Positions 9,898 to 19,187 of a DNA stretch of 64,000 nucleotides are shown here, piece by piece. Under the pieces are notes generated by a model. It was given only the letters and a program-made list of their open reading frames with translations, had not been told where the DNA came from and made no database searches. How positions within the stretch are numbered: the stretch's first letter is position 1; each line of letters opens with the position of its first letter. A program made the position numbers and the translations under genes. Source of the DNA: Candidatus Thorarchaeota archaeon (GTDB lineage Archaea > Asgardarchaeota > Thorarchaeia > Thorarchaeales > Thorarchaeaceae); assembly GCA_048882045.1 (NCBI GenBank), contig JBHLRZ010000001.1, positions 128,001-192,000 on the forward strand. Direction: 5' to 3'.

Positions 9898-10102
9898 AGT
9901 ATCTTCCTCCAAGAGCCTCTAGAACACAACGGAAGTCGGAACATTACCATTGATACAATCCAACAATTCCGATGGGTCACAAGGACTCTCTTGTTGACAG
10001 CCCTAGGCAATCTTGCCTCAAGGCTCTGAATCGAAAGCTCAGACCTATACTCATAAAGCTTCTGGTGCATCCTTGAGTTTGATATTGATAATGATGATTG
10101 AA

Positions 10103-10468
10103 TTATTCTTGTAGTAAGTATAGATAGACTACAAACCCAAGAGATACAATCACTGAGGCAGCTCCTACGAAAACGCCAAACATGGTTGATGCCATGATTG
10201 CCTGTGCAATCAGAAGGATTATGACTTCTGCCCATCCTGCCCTGATGTCAGTCAACATCAATCTGAGATTAATCACAGAAACAGAGAGGAAAATGAAGAA
10301 CATTAACATCACAAGCACTTCGATGGCCACTGTGACAGACGGATTGATTGCGTTCAAAGCACCTACAGGACTTGTATCAATGATATCTGGTGAAGACCAG
10401 GCCCATAGGGCGAGTGCAATAATCAGGAATAACAAAGTGAACGTAATAGTGATTATTGAGGAACGCAT
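10103..10468 (-). CDS. Small 4-TM membrane protein, unknown function
   Basis: Very hydrophobic ORF from MRSSIITITF. The longer N-terminus in the ORF track overlaps the permease and is probably not real. Confidence 0.6.
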   Translation of the reverse strand: MRSSIITITFTLLFLIIALALWAWSSPDIIDTSPVGALNAINPSVTVAIEVLVMLMFFIFLSVSVINLRLMLTDIRAGWAEVIILLIAQAIMASTMFGVFVGAASVIVSLGFVVYLYLLQE

Positions 10469-10577
10469 TATAGTGCTTCTTTCTGGGGTATCTTCACTCA
10501 CTGTCTTGGCACCGACCTTGGAGCCGAGATGCCTACGTTTCACACTTAAAGATACCGACAGATTGAACATTGGCTGG

Positions 10578-11534
10578 TCAATGTTCATGGTGGTCATGGT
10601 TTGTTCCCATAACTGTATCAAGGGTGACTTCAACGAGTTCCTCATCGATTGTGCCAATCTCTACGTGAACTCTTTCCCTGAGCCTCTTTATCTGTAGGGC
10701 AAGTATGTATGAGAAGGCAGCAAGAATACCGGCAATTGCACTTGGAGAAACATATAGAACGAATGATGTTCCAATGCCAACAAATTCAGCAGTTACAGCT
10801 ATCAGAAACACTGTGATGATCACGCCTCGTACTGACTTGACCAGTTCGTTCGATGCTGCAGCTGGTGCAATCATTATCGCATAAACAAGAATAGCACCAA
10901 CAGCTTTTGTAGCAAGAGCGATCGCTAGTGCTGATACTATGAGCATTAGGTAGTGATATACACGTGCGTTCATACCATGGGCAATTGATCCTTCCATGTC
11001 GACGCTTACATAGACAAACTCTTTGTTAAACATCAACGTGATAATCCCAAGTAGGGCTGCAGTGCTTGCAAGCAGTATTAGGTCTAAATCATTCAGGAGA
11101 AGGATATCACCTACAAGATACCCCCAGATTTGAGGAACTCTATAGGGAGGGATATAGTACATCAGGAAGACAGCCAAGCTCATGGAAAGAGCGAATGACA
11201 CACCAACTGCAACTTCCATCTTCTGAGTGATTCCTGATTCGCCAGCATAGCCAGTGAAGAGTGCAACTAGAATTGCGAACAGTAACGCACCAACGACAGG
11301 ATCGAACCAAGGAGCGATTCCTGAGTCTTGAAGGAAAATCCCAAGTGCGGCTCCACCAAGAGCTGCATGCGCAACCCCTGAAGCCATGAATGATAGACCA
11401 CGAAAGACAAGGAATGTCCCACTAGCTGCAGCTACAATGGCGACCAAGATTGCTCCAATCAATGCTCGTTGAAGAAAGGGACTCGTGAGGATCACTTGGA
11501 GAATGTCAATCATGTCGATCCATCCCTGAGTCAC
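10578..11534 (-). CDS. Metal ABC transporter permease (ZnuB/MntB family), His-rich C-terminus
   Basis: GVAHAALGG, YLVGDIL and VGAILV..IAPAA; ends NHDHHEH. Confidence 0.92.
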   Translation of the reverse strand: MTQGWIDMIDILQVILTSPFLQRALIGAILVAIVAAASGTFLVFRGLSFMASGVAHAALGGAALGIFLQDSGIAPWFDPVVGALLFAILVALFTGYAGESGITQKMEVAVGVSFALSMSLAVFLMYYIPPYRVPQIWGYLVGDILLLNDLDLILLASTAALLGIITLMFNKEFVYVSVDMEGSIAHGMNARVYHYLMLIVSALAIALATKAVGAILVYAIMIAPAAASNELVKSVRGVIITVFLIAVTAEFVGIGTSFVLYVSPSAIAGILAAFSYILALQIKRLRERVHVEIGTIDEELVEVTLDTVMGTNHDHHEH

Positions 11535-12312
11535 GAGTCATGCAGTATCGATGACCTGAGTGTTCAACAATTCGGGCAGAAGGTCCATACACCTTCTTGA
11601 TGAGTTCCGGATCCATGACTGAACATGGTTCACCAGTACCAATCACAGTGTTCTTCAGGAGAAGCACATCTTCAACGAGTGTGTGAATAGGATTTAGATC
11701 GTGTGTGACCATAATTATACTAACATCGTTCTCTTTATGGTACCTACCAAGGGCTTCGACAATAAGGTCTTGACTTTCAACATCGGTCCCTGACAGAGGT
11801 TCATCAAGAACCAGTATTGAACCCTCACTAGCAAGTGCTCTTGCAACTAGAACACGCTGCCTTTGACCTCCGGATAGTTCAGGAAAGGGTCGTTCCCATA
11901 GATCATCCATGTTTACCTGCTGAAGAGCATTTCTTGCTATTGCTATGTCCTTGGATGATGCAAAACGAGGTGGCAGTTTCTTTAGCAGTCTACCCATCAA
12001 CACAATGTCTTTGACCTTCATCGGTACTGTGAGCTCAATTTGGTCTCGTTGAGGAACGTATCTGACAATCTTGCGAATCGTCCTCGACTTCTTCTGAGAA
12101 TCATAGCCTTTGACCTTGATTGTCCCCTGTGTAGGTTTAATCAGCCCAAGAGAAGTCCTGATGAGTGTAGACTTTCCAGACCCATTTGGTCCTATGATGG
12201 CCATGAAGCTAGGAGATTTTATTCTAAAAGACACGTTATTGAGTGCAAGCTCACCATTTGGATAACGAACGAAGAGGTTGTTTGCTTCAATCAGTGGAAC
12301 AGACTCCATCAA
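11506..12312 (-). CDS. Metal ABC transporter ATPase (ZnuC family)
   Basis: GPNGSGKST, YVPQ, LSGGQRQR, LDEP and VTHDL. Confidence 0.92.
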   Translation of the reverse strand: MMESVPLIEANNLFVRYPNGELALNNVSFRIKSPSFMAIIGPNGSGKSTLIRTSLGLIKPTQGTIKVKGYDSQKKSRTIRKIVRYVPQRDQIELTVPMKVKDIVLMGRLLKKLPPRFASSKDIAIARNALQQVNMDDLWERPFPELSGGQRQRVLVARALASEGSILVLDEPLSGTDVESQDLIVEALGRYHKENDVSIIMVTHDLNPIHTLVEDVLLLKNTVIGTGEPCSVMDPELIKKVYGPSARIVEHSGHRYCMTRDSGMDRHD

Positions 12313-12710
12313 ATACCGCCTCCCATGAAACTCACATCCACCTTCAGCACTTTCTTTTGTGCACGTAGTTTCTTCAGGAACTCACGAACTTCATTAGCTT
12401 TTGCAGTCACAACCATCACTTCTACACAGTTACCAGTACTAGTGTGATCGTGTATCAATGCAGTCAATGCATCCCCGTATTCATGCTGAACTGCACTGAT
12501 GCCTTGTCCATGACCTTTCTTCGCATAGAGCGCCGTGAATACTGCTGTAACTGTTCCCTTTGCATTCTCGATGGAACGATGTTCAGTAAGTAATTTTTGT
12601 AATGCATGTCGAACAACATCGGACCTGTTGGAGAACTGTCCATGCTTCTTTAGGAACTCTAGCTCCGTTAGGTCAGAATCAGTCATGGATATTGCAACAA
12701 TGGGCATCAT
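12309..12710 (-). CDS. nikR: NikR-family ribbon-helix-helix metalloregulator
   Basis: RHH N-terminus (VAISM...NRSDVVRHAL) plus ACT-like domain with QH...HDH.....CVEV ligand pattern. Confidence 0.8.
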   Translation of the reverse strand: MMPIVAISMTDSDLTELEFLKKHGQFSNRSDVVRHALQKLLTEHRSIENAKGTVTAVFTALYAKKGHGQGISAVQHEYGDALTALIHDHTSTGNCVEVMVVTAKANEVREFLKKLRAQKKVLKVDVSFMGGGI

Positions 12711-12733
12711 AACACCTCTCGAGCAGCACTCAG

Positions 12734-12750
12734 TTAGTAACTATTACTAA
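12734..12750. promoter_or_regulatory. Palindromic operator candidate between nikR and the metal-binding protein gene
   Basis: Perfect TTAGTAA-cta-TTACTAA in the divergent promoter region. Confidence 0.6.
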
Positions 12751-12786
12751 AATATTATTAAGGATTTGGCTACATGAATTTCTGAA

Positions 12787-13863
12787 GTGATGTTTTTGAA
12801 GAGGAGATTATATGCACTAATACCACTTGTCCTACTCTTTATACCTTTGACTATGAGTTCGATGGTTGTTAATGTTCAAGCGCAAGTGGAGCCTGTATTT
12901 GATATCGCTGCATCTGTTTCCTCTTTGGCTGGAATATCTCAAGAAGTGGGAGGCTCTCTTGTTAGGATGTCAACCTTGCTTGATCAGGAAGCCGATCCTC
13001 ACACCTATGCATTCACACCGGAGGTCATAGCGATGGCTGAGGCTGCAGACCTTCTGGTGTTTACCGGACACTTTCACTGGGAAGAAGAGCTTGCCAATCT
13101 AACAGCGACACCTTTCATTTCTTTCCACGATGACAATGCGCTTGAGATGTATGAAGAATATGGAGCATCTTTATCACCTATGCCAGGAGAAGAAGAAACC
13201 ATAGTGGATGGAGGCCATGACCACGAGGGGAATCCACATGCATTTTGGCTGCTCCCTCAAAATGCTCTTGCAATAGCGAATGCTACAAGAGCAGCATTGA
13301 CCTCTCTCAATGCGACCTTTGCGGGCGATTGGTCGGCTAACTTCAATTCGTTTTCAGATTCGATTGATGGACTTCAAACCACTATTGATACTCTTAATCT
13401 CATCCATGGCTTTTCAGACATGCATGCAGTTGTCGTTTCACCAGCTGAAGCATACGTCGCTGAAGCTTTCGGAATTACATGTGACGCTGTCCTACAGATT
13501 GAAGACATCACCTTACCAGTAGCTAAATTGCTAGAAGTTCAAGAAGCCATTCGAAATGGCAGTATCAGTCTGATAATTGGTTCAGATATTAGCCAATTCC
13601 AGGCTGGTGGAGATTTTGCGTATCAGATACAGACGGACTACGGAGGAATCCTCATCTGGTGGAGAACAGTATTCTTTGCAGAGTCTGAATATTTTTGGTT
13701 GATGAACTATAATTTAGGAGCATTGGTGTCTGGTATTGAAGGGCGATCTGGAACCACATCAAACAACTCATTCAATGTGGGACTACTTGCATTATCTGCT
13801 GTGCTTGGAATCTTTGTCACTATAGAATCAGTTCTTCTGGTCATGCGTGCGAGAGCTGAATAG
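12787..13863 (+). CDS. Cluster A-I metal ABC substrate-binding protein with C-terminal TM anchor
   Basis: Signal peptide, ADPHTY, HDHEGNPHAFWL and a C-terminal hydrophobic helix. Confidence 0.9.
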   Translation: MMFLKRRLYALIPLVLLFIPLTMSSMVVNVQAQVEPVFDIAASVSSLAGISQEVGGSLVRMSTLLDQEADPHTYAFTPEVIAMAEAADLLVFTGHFHWEEELANLTATPFISFHDDNALEMYEEYGASLSPMPGEEETIVDGGHDHEGNPHAFWLLPQNALAIANATRAALTSLNATFAGDWSANFNSFSDSIDGLQTTIDTLNLIHGFSDMHAVVVSPAEAYVAEAFGITCDAVLQIEDITLPVAKLLEVQEAIRNGSISLIIGSDISQFQAGGDFAYQIQTDYGGILIWWRTVFFAESEYFWLMNYNLGALVSGIEGRSGTTSNNSFNVGLLALSAVLGIFVTIESVLLVMRARAE

Positions 13864-13870
13864 ACAAATT

Positions 13871-14203
13871 CTATTGTTCTACCTTTGTCCCAAGACGCAT
13901 GTTATATACTGTGAACTCCAACTCAGTCAGTTCATCTTGGAGGATTCTGTATTTTTCATCGAACTCATCTTGGCCAATGATCCCGGCCTTCTTATCAGAA
14001 ACCAGTTGTTTCAGTGCTTTCTGACGTTCCTTGATCTTGTTCTTCAGACTCTCCCATTCTTCCCTGTGAGATGAAACTGATTGCCCCCAGCTCTTGCTGG
14101 CATCAGCATCTTGGTCCAATTTATGTACAACATCGTCCAGTGACTTCTTGATCTTTTCAGAGTCACTAGACTTCTCTGAATCATCGCCCAACTTATTCAC
14201 CAA
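13871..14203 (-). CDS. Hypothetical coiled-coil protein with SHOCT-like segment
   Basis: Charged heptads; GIIGQDEFDEKY segment. Confidence 0.6.
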   Translation of the reverse strand: MVNKLGDDSEKSSDSEKIKKSLDDVVHKLDQDADASKSWGQSVSSHREEWESLKNKIKERQKALKQLVSDKKAGIIGQDEFDEKYRILQDELTELEFTVYNMRLGTKVEQ

Positions 14204-14256
14204 TAGTTAGGTCTAGGAATGGTATTTGATAAATACCTTCAGATTGCGCTATCAGC

Positions 14257-15192
14257 TTAACCCAGAAAGAGTAGGAGAAATGGGATTATCGGGAGCAATA
14301 GTAGAGTTCCTACGGTGACTGTAGTCGAAGCAGTTTCTACATCTAGGTCGAAACCTGATGCATATACTACTGTCAGAACAGCTGACGGCATCAGAGACTC
14401 TACTATTAGAACCTGTAAGGGAACTTGGGAGAGTCCGGAGAATAGGATAATTGGTAGCATGATTAGAGGGATGATCAGCTGCCTTACTGCAATGACATTC
14501 AATGCAACACGGATGTCAGAGAGAGAGAATCGAATTCCTACACCAATACCAACTGACAATAATGCTAAGTATGTCGTTAATGATGGATTATAGGATAATA
14601 CAGATATGAGTGACTCAGGAAGCACAAGTCCAAAGGTAAGGAAAATCAGTGCAGTTAATGCAGCGAGAAACGGAGGGAAGAGAATTGCATCCTTTGCAAT
14701 CTTGTTCCAACCAGCATCTTTCTCGCTGAAAGTCGCGCCCATGAAGGAACCCAGCGTAACGATGAGGGTCATTTGAGTCAGAGAGAAAAGGACCACAAAA
14801 GGGACACCTGAAGGTCCCAAGAACATGAGGACTAGTGGAAGTGGAATAAACAGAGCGTTGTTGAAGGTGGAACAGATGTACAGTGAGCCTTTTGTCTGAA
14901 CCATCATTTCGCTTCGTTTCAATCGGAAATATATCAGAACAGGTCCAAGAAGATGAATCAACACAGCTAGCATGAGATAGGCAGGAATTTCGACCAGTGA
15001 TGATGGCGAAGAAGTGACAAGAACATAGAACACCAATAGTGGTACTAGAATATTGATGAGGACTGAATTGAGGTGTTTGTTAACAGCCTGACCCTTGTCA
15101 GACAAACGGGCTATTAGATATCCAATGACGATGAATCCATAGAAGAGTGTCATTTGAATAAAGAAGGCATCGATTGTCTGGATTGCTAACAC
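14257..15192 (-). CDS. AEC (auxin efflux carrier/malate permease) family transporter
   Basis: About 10 TMs; FNNALFIPLP, FPPFLA and SLMPSAV. Confidence 0.88.
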   Translation of the reverse strand: MLAIQTIDAFFIQMTLFYGFIVIGYLIARLSDKGQAVNKHLNSVLINILVPLLVFYVLVTSSPSSLVEIPAYLMLAVLIHLLGPVLIYFRLKRSEMMVQTKGSLYICSTFNNALFIPLPLVLMFLGPSGVPFVVLFSLTQMTLIVTLGSFMGATFSEKDAGWNKIAKDAILFPPFLAALTALIFLTFGLVLPESLISVLSYNPSLTTYLALLSVGIGVGIRFSLSDIRVALNVIAVRQLIIPLIMLPIILFSGLSQVPLQVLIVESLMPSAVLTVVYASGFDLDVETASTTVTVGTLLLLPIIPFLLLFLG

Positions 15193-15244
15193 CTAGTCTG
15201 GGGCAGTTTTTTCTACGAAATAAGGTAATGGATGAGGGAATTAG

Positions 15245-17026
15245 TTACAGATCGGTTATTCCCAATTCTTCAAGGGCTTCAATTGATGGTCTACCAGACT
15301 TTCGGTCCCATTTTCGATACTCGTAATATTCTCTTAGTTGAGAATCCACATCTGGTACAAAGTCATCGGTGATGCTTTCTGCATGAGGTTCGAGGAGTGG
15401 TAGAGGTAGTTTTTCATCAGAAGTCTTGAGTCCGCATCTTAAGTTAAACAACCTTTTCATAGTGACTGCACGAGCTCCGATGGTCATTATGTCCTCAAGT
15501 TGATAATTGGACCCAATTGCTAGATTCAATAGCTCTACAATGGATTCCGGAGGAACTATAGCAAAATGACACATTATCACAGAGTCAAAGAATGCTCGAA
15601 ATTCCTGAGACTTTGCTGCAATCTTGCCCTTGTCTTCATTCTCTAAGCGATCCCCAGCAACAATTCCAAGGGTTCTTACGTCCGCACCCATATCGACACT
15701 ATACATGTCACCTTCCATGTGAGACGCTCCTCGAGATGCGATGGTGTAAACAGTTGCCATACCAGAAAAAGCACGAGGGTCGTGGTTTGGAATCTCTAGT
15801 CCTCTCACATGAAGCACGATATCCTCAGCTGAATGTTTTCTGGCAACTGCAAGAGCACCATCCGCTAGTAGATTTCCAAGACCATCTCGTTTTGCAATAC
15901 TATGTATTGTTTCCATAACTCCATCAGGATTATTCCAGGTGAATCCATAGTCAGCTTTTCCAATGTCACAGAGAAGTGTAGTGAATGAAATCGTACTTCC
16001 ACAACTTATAGTGTCCATTCCATACTGATTGCAAAGTCTGTTCATGAGAGTGATTTTCTTCAGATCAGAGATTAATAGGTTCGAACCAAACGAAGCCACA
16101 GTCTGAAACTCCGGACCACCAATATCAACGAGATCATACTCGGGAATAGACACCTTTCTTCCACATCCAATAGGACAGGAATAACAGGCGGTACGCCCCG
16201 TGAGAATTTCTTCCATTGACTTTGCGTTTATGAGATCAGCATCGTCAAACTCAATTTCTTGAAAATACTTGATGGGCATATCATTAAACATCATACCAAT
16301 GTCCACGTACATGACTGTTCCTTGCTCGCGGAGATGAGTCATTGCTTCAGCAAGTGTTTTTCGTGTTCTCTGTGCTAACTCCTGGAAATCTTCAGGGGTT
16401 TGAAGTGGTACTCGGTCATTACCCCCGACTGTGATAGCCTTGAGATTTTTCGATCCCATCACAGCTCCGAGACCGCATCGTGCAGAAACTCGTTCATTGG
16501 TGACAATACTCGCGAATTTGACTAAGTTCTCCCCAGCTGGACCAATACATGCAACTTGAACCCGTCCCAACTCTTCCTTCAGGATCTTTTGCGTAGTATC
16601 AGTCATTTTACCCCAAAGGTGGCCTGCTGGAACAATATCGACCCGACTATTATTGATCTGCAGAGTGACGGGATTCTCTGCACGACCTTCAATCAGAACA
16701 CCATCATATCCTGAAAATTTTAGGAATGCTCCAAAATGACCTCCAACATGAGATTCACCCCAAAGATTCGTGATTGGAGACCTACTACACACTACATGGC
16801 GTCCGGTACAAGGAGCCAAGGTTCCTGTGAGAGGTCCTGTCATAAAAAGTAACTTGTTGTCTGGACTCAGGGGATCTGTATCTGGGTCTAAGAGATTATA
16901 GAGAAAGCGAGCTGCATATCCACTTCCACCAAGATATTCTGAAGCAATGGATTTGCTAATCTCAAAAGTGTTTGTTTCATTTGTTTTTAGATTTGCAGCT
17001 AGTATCTGACCCATATATCCAGCCAT
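15245..17026 (-). CDS. aor: Tungsten aldehyde:ferredoxin oxidoreductase family
   Basis: CIGPAGE, GAVMGSKNLKA, CYSCPIGC, GMDTISCG and HDPR. Confidence 0.93.
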   Translation of the reverse strand: MAGYMGQILAANLKTNETNTFEISKSIASEYLGGSGYAARFLYNLLDPDTDPLSPDNKLLFMTGPLTGTLAPCTGRHVVCSRSPITNLWGESHVGGHFGAFLKFSGYDGVLIEGRAENPVTLQINNSRVDIVPAGHLWGKMTDTTQKILKEELGRVQVACIGPAGENLVKFASIVTNERVSARCGLGAVMGSKNLKAITVGGNDRVPLQTPEDFQELAQRTRKTLAEAMTHLREQGTVMYVDIGMMFNDMPIKYFQEIEFDDADLINAKSMEEILTGRTACYSCPIGCGRKVSIPEYDLVDIGGPEFQTVASFGSNLLISDLKKITLMNRLCNQYGMDTISCGSTISFTTLLCDIGKADYGFTWNNPDGVMETIHSIAKRDGLGNLLADGALAVARKHSAEDIVLHVRGLEIPNHDPRAFSGMATVYTIASRGASHMEGDMYSVDMGADVRTLGIVAGDRLENEDKGKIAAKSQEFRAFFDSVIMCHFAIVPPESIVELLNLAIGSNYQLEDIMTIGARAVTMKRLFNLRCGLKTSDEKLPLPLLEPHAESITDDFVPDVDSQLREYYEYRKWDRKSGRPSIEALEELGITDL

Positions 17027-17037
17027 TGACCGTGCCT

Positions 17038-17673
17038 CTAGAATTCTCTCATCATTTCCCAGACGTCTTGTTCATCTTCCACAACATCCTCTGGAAGTTC
17101 GATGGGTGTACCAACCTGTCTTGCAGCCATGTAGATCTTACATGCTCGTTCTAAAAGAATAGATAGAAACAGTGCATCCTTGAGTGTCTTTGCAATACAG
17201 ACCGCTCCATGATTAGCAATTAACGCGGCACTTCTTTCTTCAATTGCTTCTGCAACATTCTTTCCGAGTTGTTTTGTACCTGGCTGGGCATATTCACTCA
17301 CTCGGACGTTTGCCCCGAGCTTTGGAACTATCTCATCAAGAATTGAAGGAAGTGACTCATGTAGAATAGCCATTGATGAGGCGTAGATACTATGCGTGTG
17401 TACAACTGCTAAAGCATCCATTCGGGTACGATAGAGTTCCAAATGCATGGGAAGCTCAACACTAGGATTACGATGACCCTCAATCGTTTCCCCCTGCAGA
17501 TCAGTCACCACAGTATCGTCTATTGTCATCTCAGAATAATGGACAGAACTTGGTGAAATCACTACATGTTCATCAACTCGAAGACTCGCATTCCCAGAAG
17601 ATCCAATGACAAGATTCTCTCCAAGCATTTGCAGACATATGTCAAGCAGTTCCTGTTTCTGTTTCTCATACAT
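17038..17673 (-). CDS. Class II aldolase/adducin family (FucA-like)
   Basis: GNASLR, PSVELPMH, VVHTHS and NHG. Confidence 0.92.
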   Translation of the reverse strand: MYEKQKQELLDICLQMLGENLVIGSSGNASLRVDEHVVISPSSVHYSEMTIDDTVVTDLQGETIEGHRNPSVELPMHLELYRTRMDALAVVHTHSIYASSMAILHESLPSILDEIVPKLGANVRVSEYAQPGTKQLGKNVAEAIEERSAALIANHGAVCIAKTLKDALFLSILLERACKIYMAARQVGTPIELPEDVVEDEQDVWEMMREF

Positions 17674-17675
17674 TT

Positions 17676-19175
17676 CTAATCAGCCTCATGCCAAATCTCA
17701 GACCATTGAGTATAGTATCTTTTGTACATTTTTGCACGACTATCAGGTTCATATATTGGCCTCCATTTGACCATTGCCTTGGATGCCTTTTCAAGCGACG
17801 AGTAATGATCGATACCTGTGGCAGCACAAATTGCCGCACCAAGAAGACTTCCCTCAGACTGTAGAGGTGTATTAACAGGCTTATTCAGAACGTTTGCAAG
17901 CATCTGAGGCCATGTGTTGGATTGACTCATACCTCCAATTGTCTTGATGGCAATAGATTCCCTGAATCCTTCCAACTGGTCAACATTTCCCTTGATGGCA
18001 TAAGCTATATTCTCGATTACTGCATGAATGAAGTGAGGAACATCAAGAGGTTTGATTTGTGGCAGTGTAGGTTGTGGAAATATCATTCGAGCTTGCTTCA
18101 CGTCTGTGAAATTCTTTGCATTCATTATGCTGGGACCCACAGCAACATAGGTGTCATTGCTTCCTGCAGCAACTTCTTTGACAATTTCATCAAGTGAATC
18201 AAAGGTTCGTTGAGCGCATTTTTCAGGATTCTCAGACCTTTCACATAGGAATTTAACAGCCCACTCGAGGTTTGCACCAGTCATTGTTGCATTACTCTCG
18301 AGTACCCATTCTCCTTTGAATATATGAGAGCCAGTCCAGATTTTTTGATCGGAGGAACAAATCCACTCATCAATTATCATCATCACTGGTGCAGTGCTTC
18401 CTGCAATCACTGTGATGTCACCCTTTTTTGATTCACTCGCTAGTAGTGCACAATGCGTATCTGCCCCACCCAAAACAACTGAAAGCCCTTCAGGAAGACC
18501 ACAACTTCGAGAGGCAGTTTTAGTAACAGAACCGACGATTGTGCCAGCTTCCCGTATGTCTGGAAGTATATTCAGGTCAACATTAACAGATGATGCAACC
18601 TTCTCGCTCCAAGTACCTTTCTGGATGTCAAGAAAACCAGTACCTCCTGCAGATGAGAGGTCTGTGACATATTCTCCAGATAGTTTGTACGTGAGCCAAT
18701 CGCAGAGAGGCAGAAGATGTGCAATAGACTCAAAGATCTCAGGTTCCTCTTCCTCAAACCAACTTAATCGTGCAGGAGAGAACATTAGAGGCGGCCAGCA
18801 GCCAGTTATCTCATGATATTGCTCACCTAGAGCTTCATCAATGATGTACTGATTCATAGCTCCACGAGCATCCAAATTTGGACTGCCATGGAGTTCAGTT
18901 CCGTGTTCATCGAGCAAGACAATGCCATGACGTTGACTAGTTGTTGAAATTGCTTCTAATTCCGAGGTTTTTAACTTTGAAATCCTGATTGCTTCTTTGA
19001 CAACTGTACTCACTAATTTCCAGAAGTCAGTGGGATTGAACTCCAATGCAATTTCTAGATCTTGATGAGATGTGTATCCCCAAGATCTTCTTGAAACCCC
19101 GAGAACTTTCCCTGCAGTATCCAAGATCATGCATCGGACTCCAGTTGTCCCAGCATCTATTGCAGCTATTGCCAA
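17676..19175 (-). CDS. FGGY-family carbohydrate kinase
   Basis: IDAGTTG, TSQRHG, NLDARG, GGADT and GGMSQS. Confidence 0.92.
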   Translation of the reverse strand: MAIAAIDAGTTGVRCMILDTAGKVLGVSRRSWGYTSHQDLEIALEFNPTDFWKLVSTVVKEAIRISKLKTSELEAISTTSQRHGIVLLDEHGTELHGSPNLDARGAMNQYIIDEALGEQYHEITGCWPPLMFSPARLSWFEEEEPEIFESIAHLLPLCDWLTYKLSGEYVTDLSSAGGTGFLDIQKGTWSEKVASSVNVDLNILPDIREAGTIVGSVTKTASRSCGLPEGLSVVLGGADTHCALLASESKKGDITVIAGSTAPVMMIIDEWICSSDQKIWTGSHIFKGEWVLESNATMTGANLEWAVKFLCERSENPEKCAQRTFDSLDEIVKEVAAGSNDTYVAVGPSIMNAKNFTDVKQARMIFPQPTLPQIKPLDVPHFIHAVIENIAYAIKGNVDQLEGFRESIAIKTIGGMSQSNTWPQMLANVLNKPVNTPLQSEGSLLGAAICAATGIDHYSSLEKASKAMVKWRPIYEPDSRAKMYKRYYTQWSEIWHEAD

Positions 19176-19187
19176 GTCATTCCACCT

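Noticed and set aside
9795-10235. 146-aa minus-strand ORF as an RNase P protein (Pop5) upstream of psmA
   Set aside because: No recognisable motif, and it overlaps two better genes out of frame.
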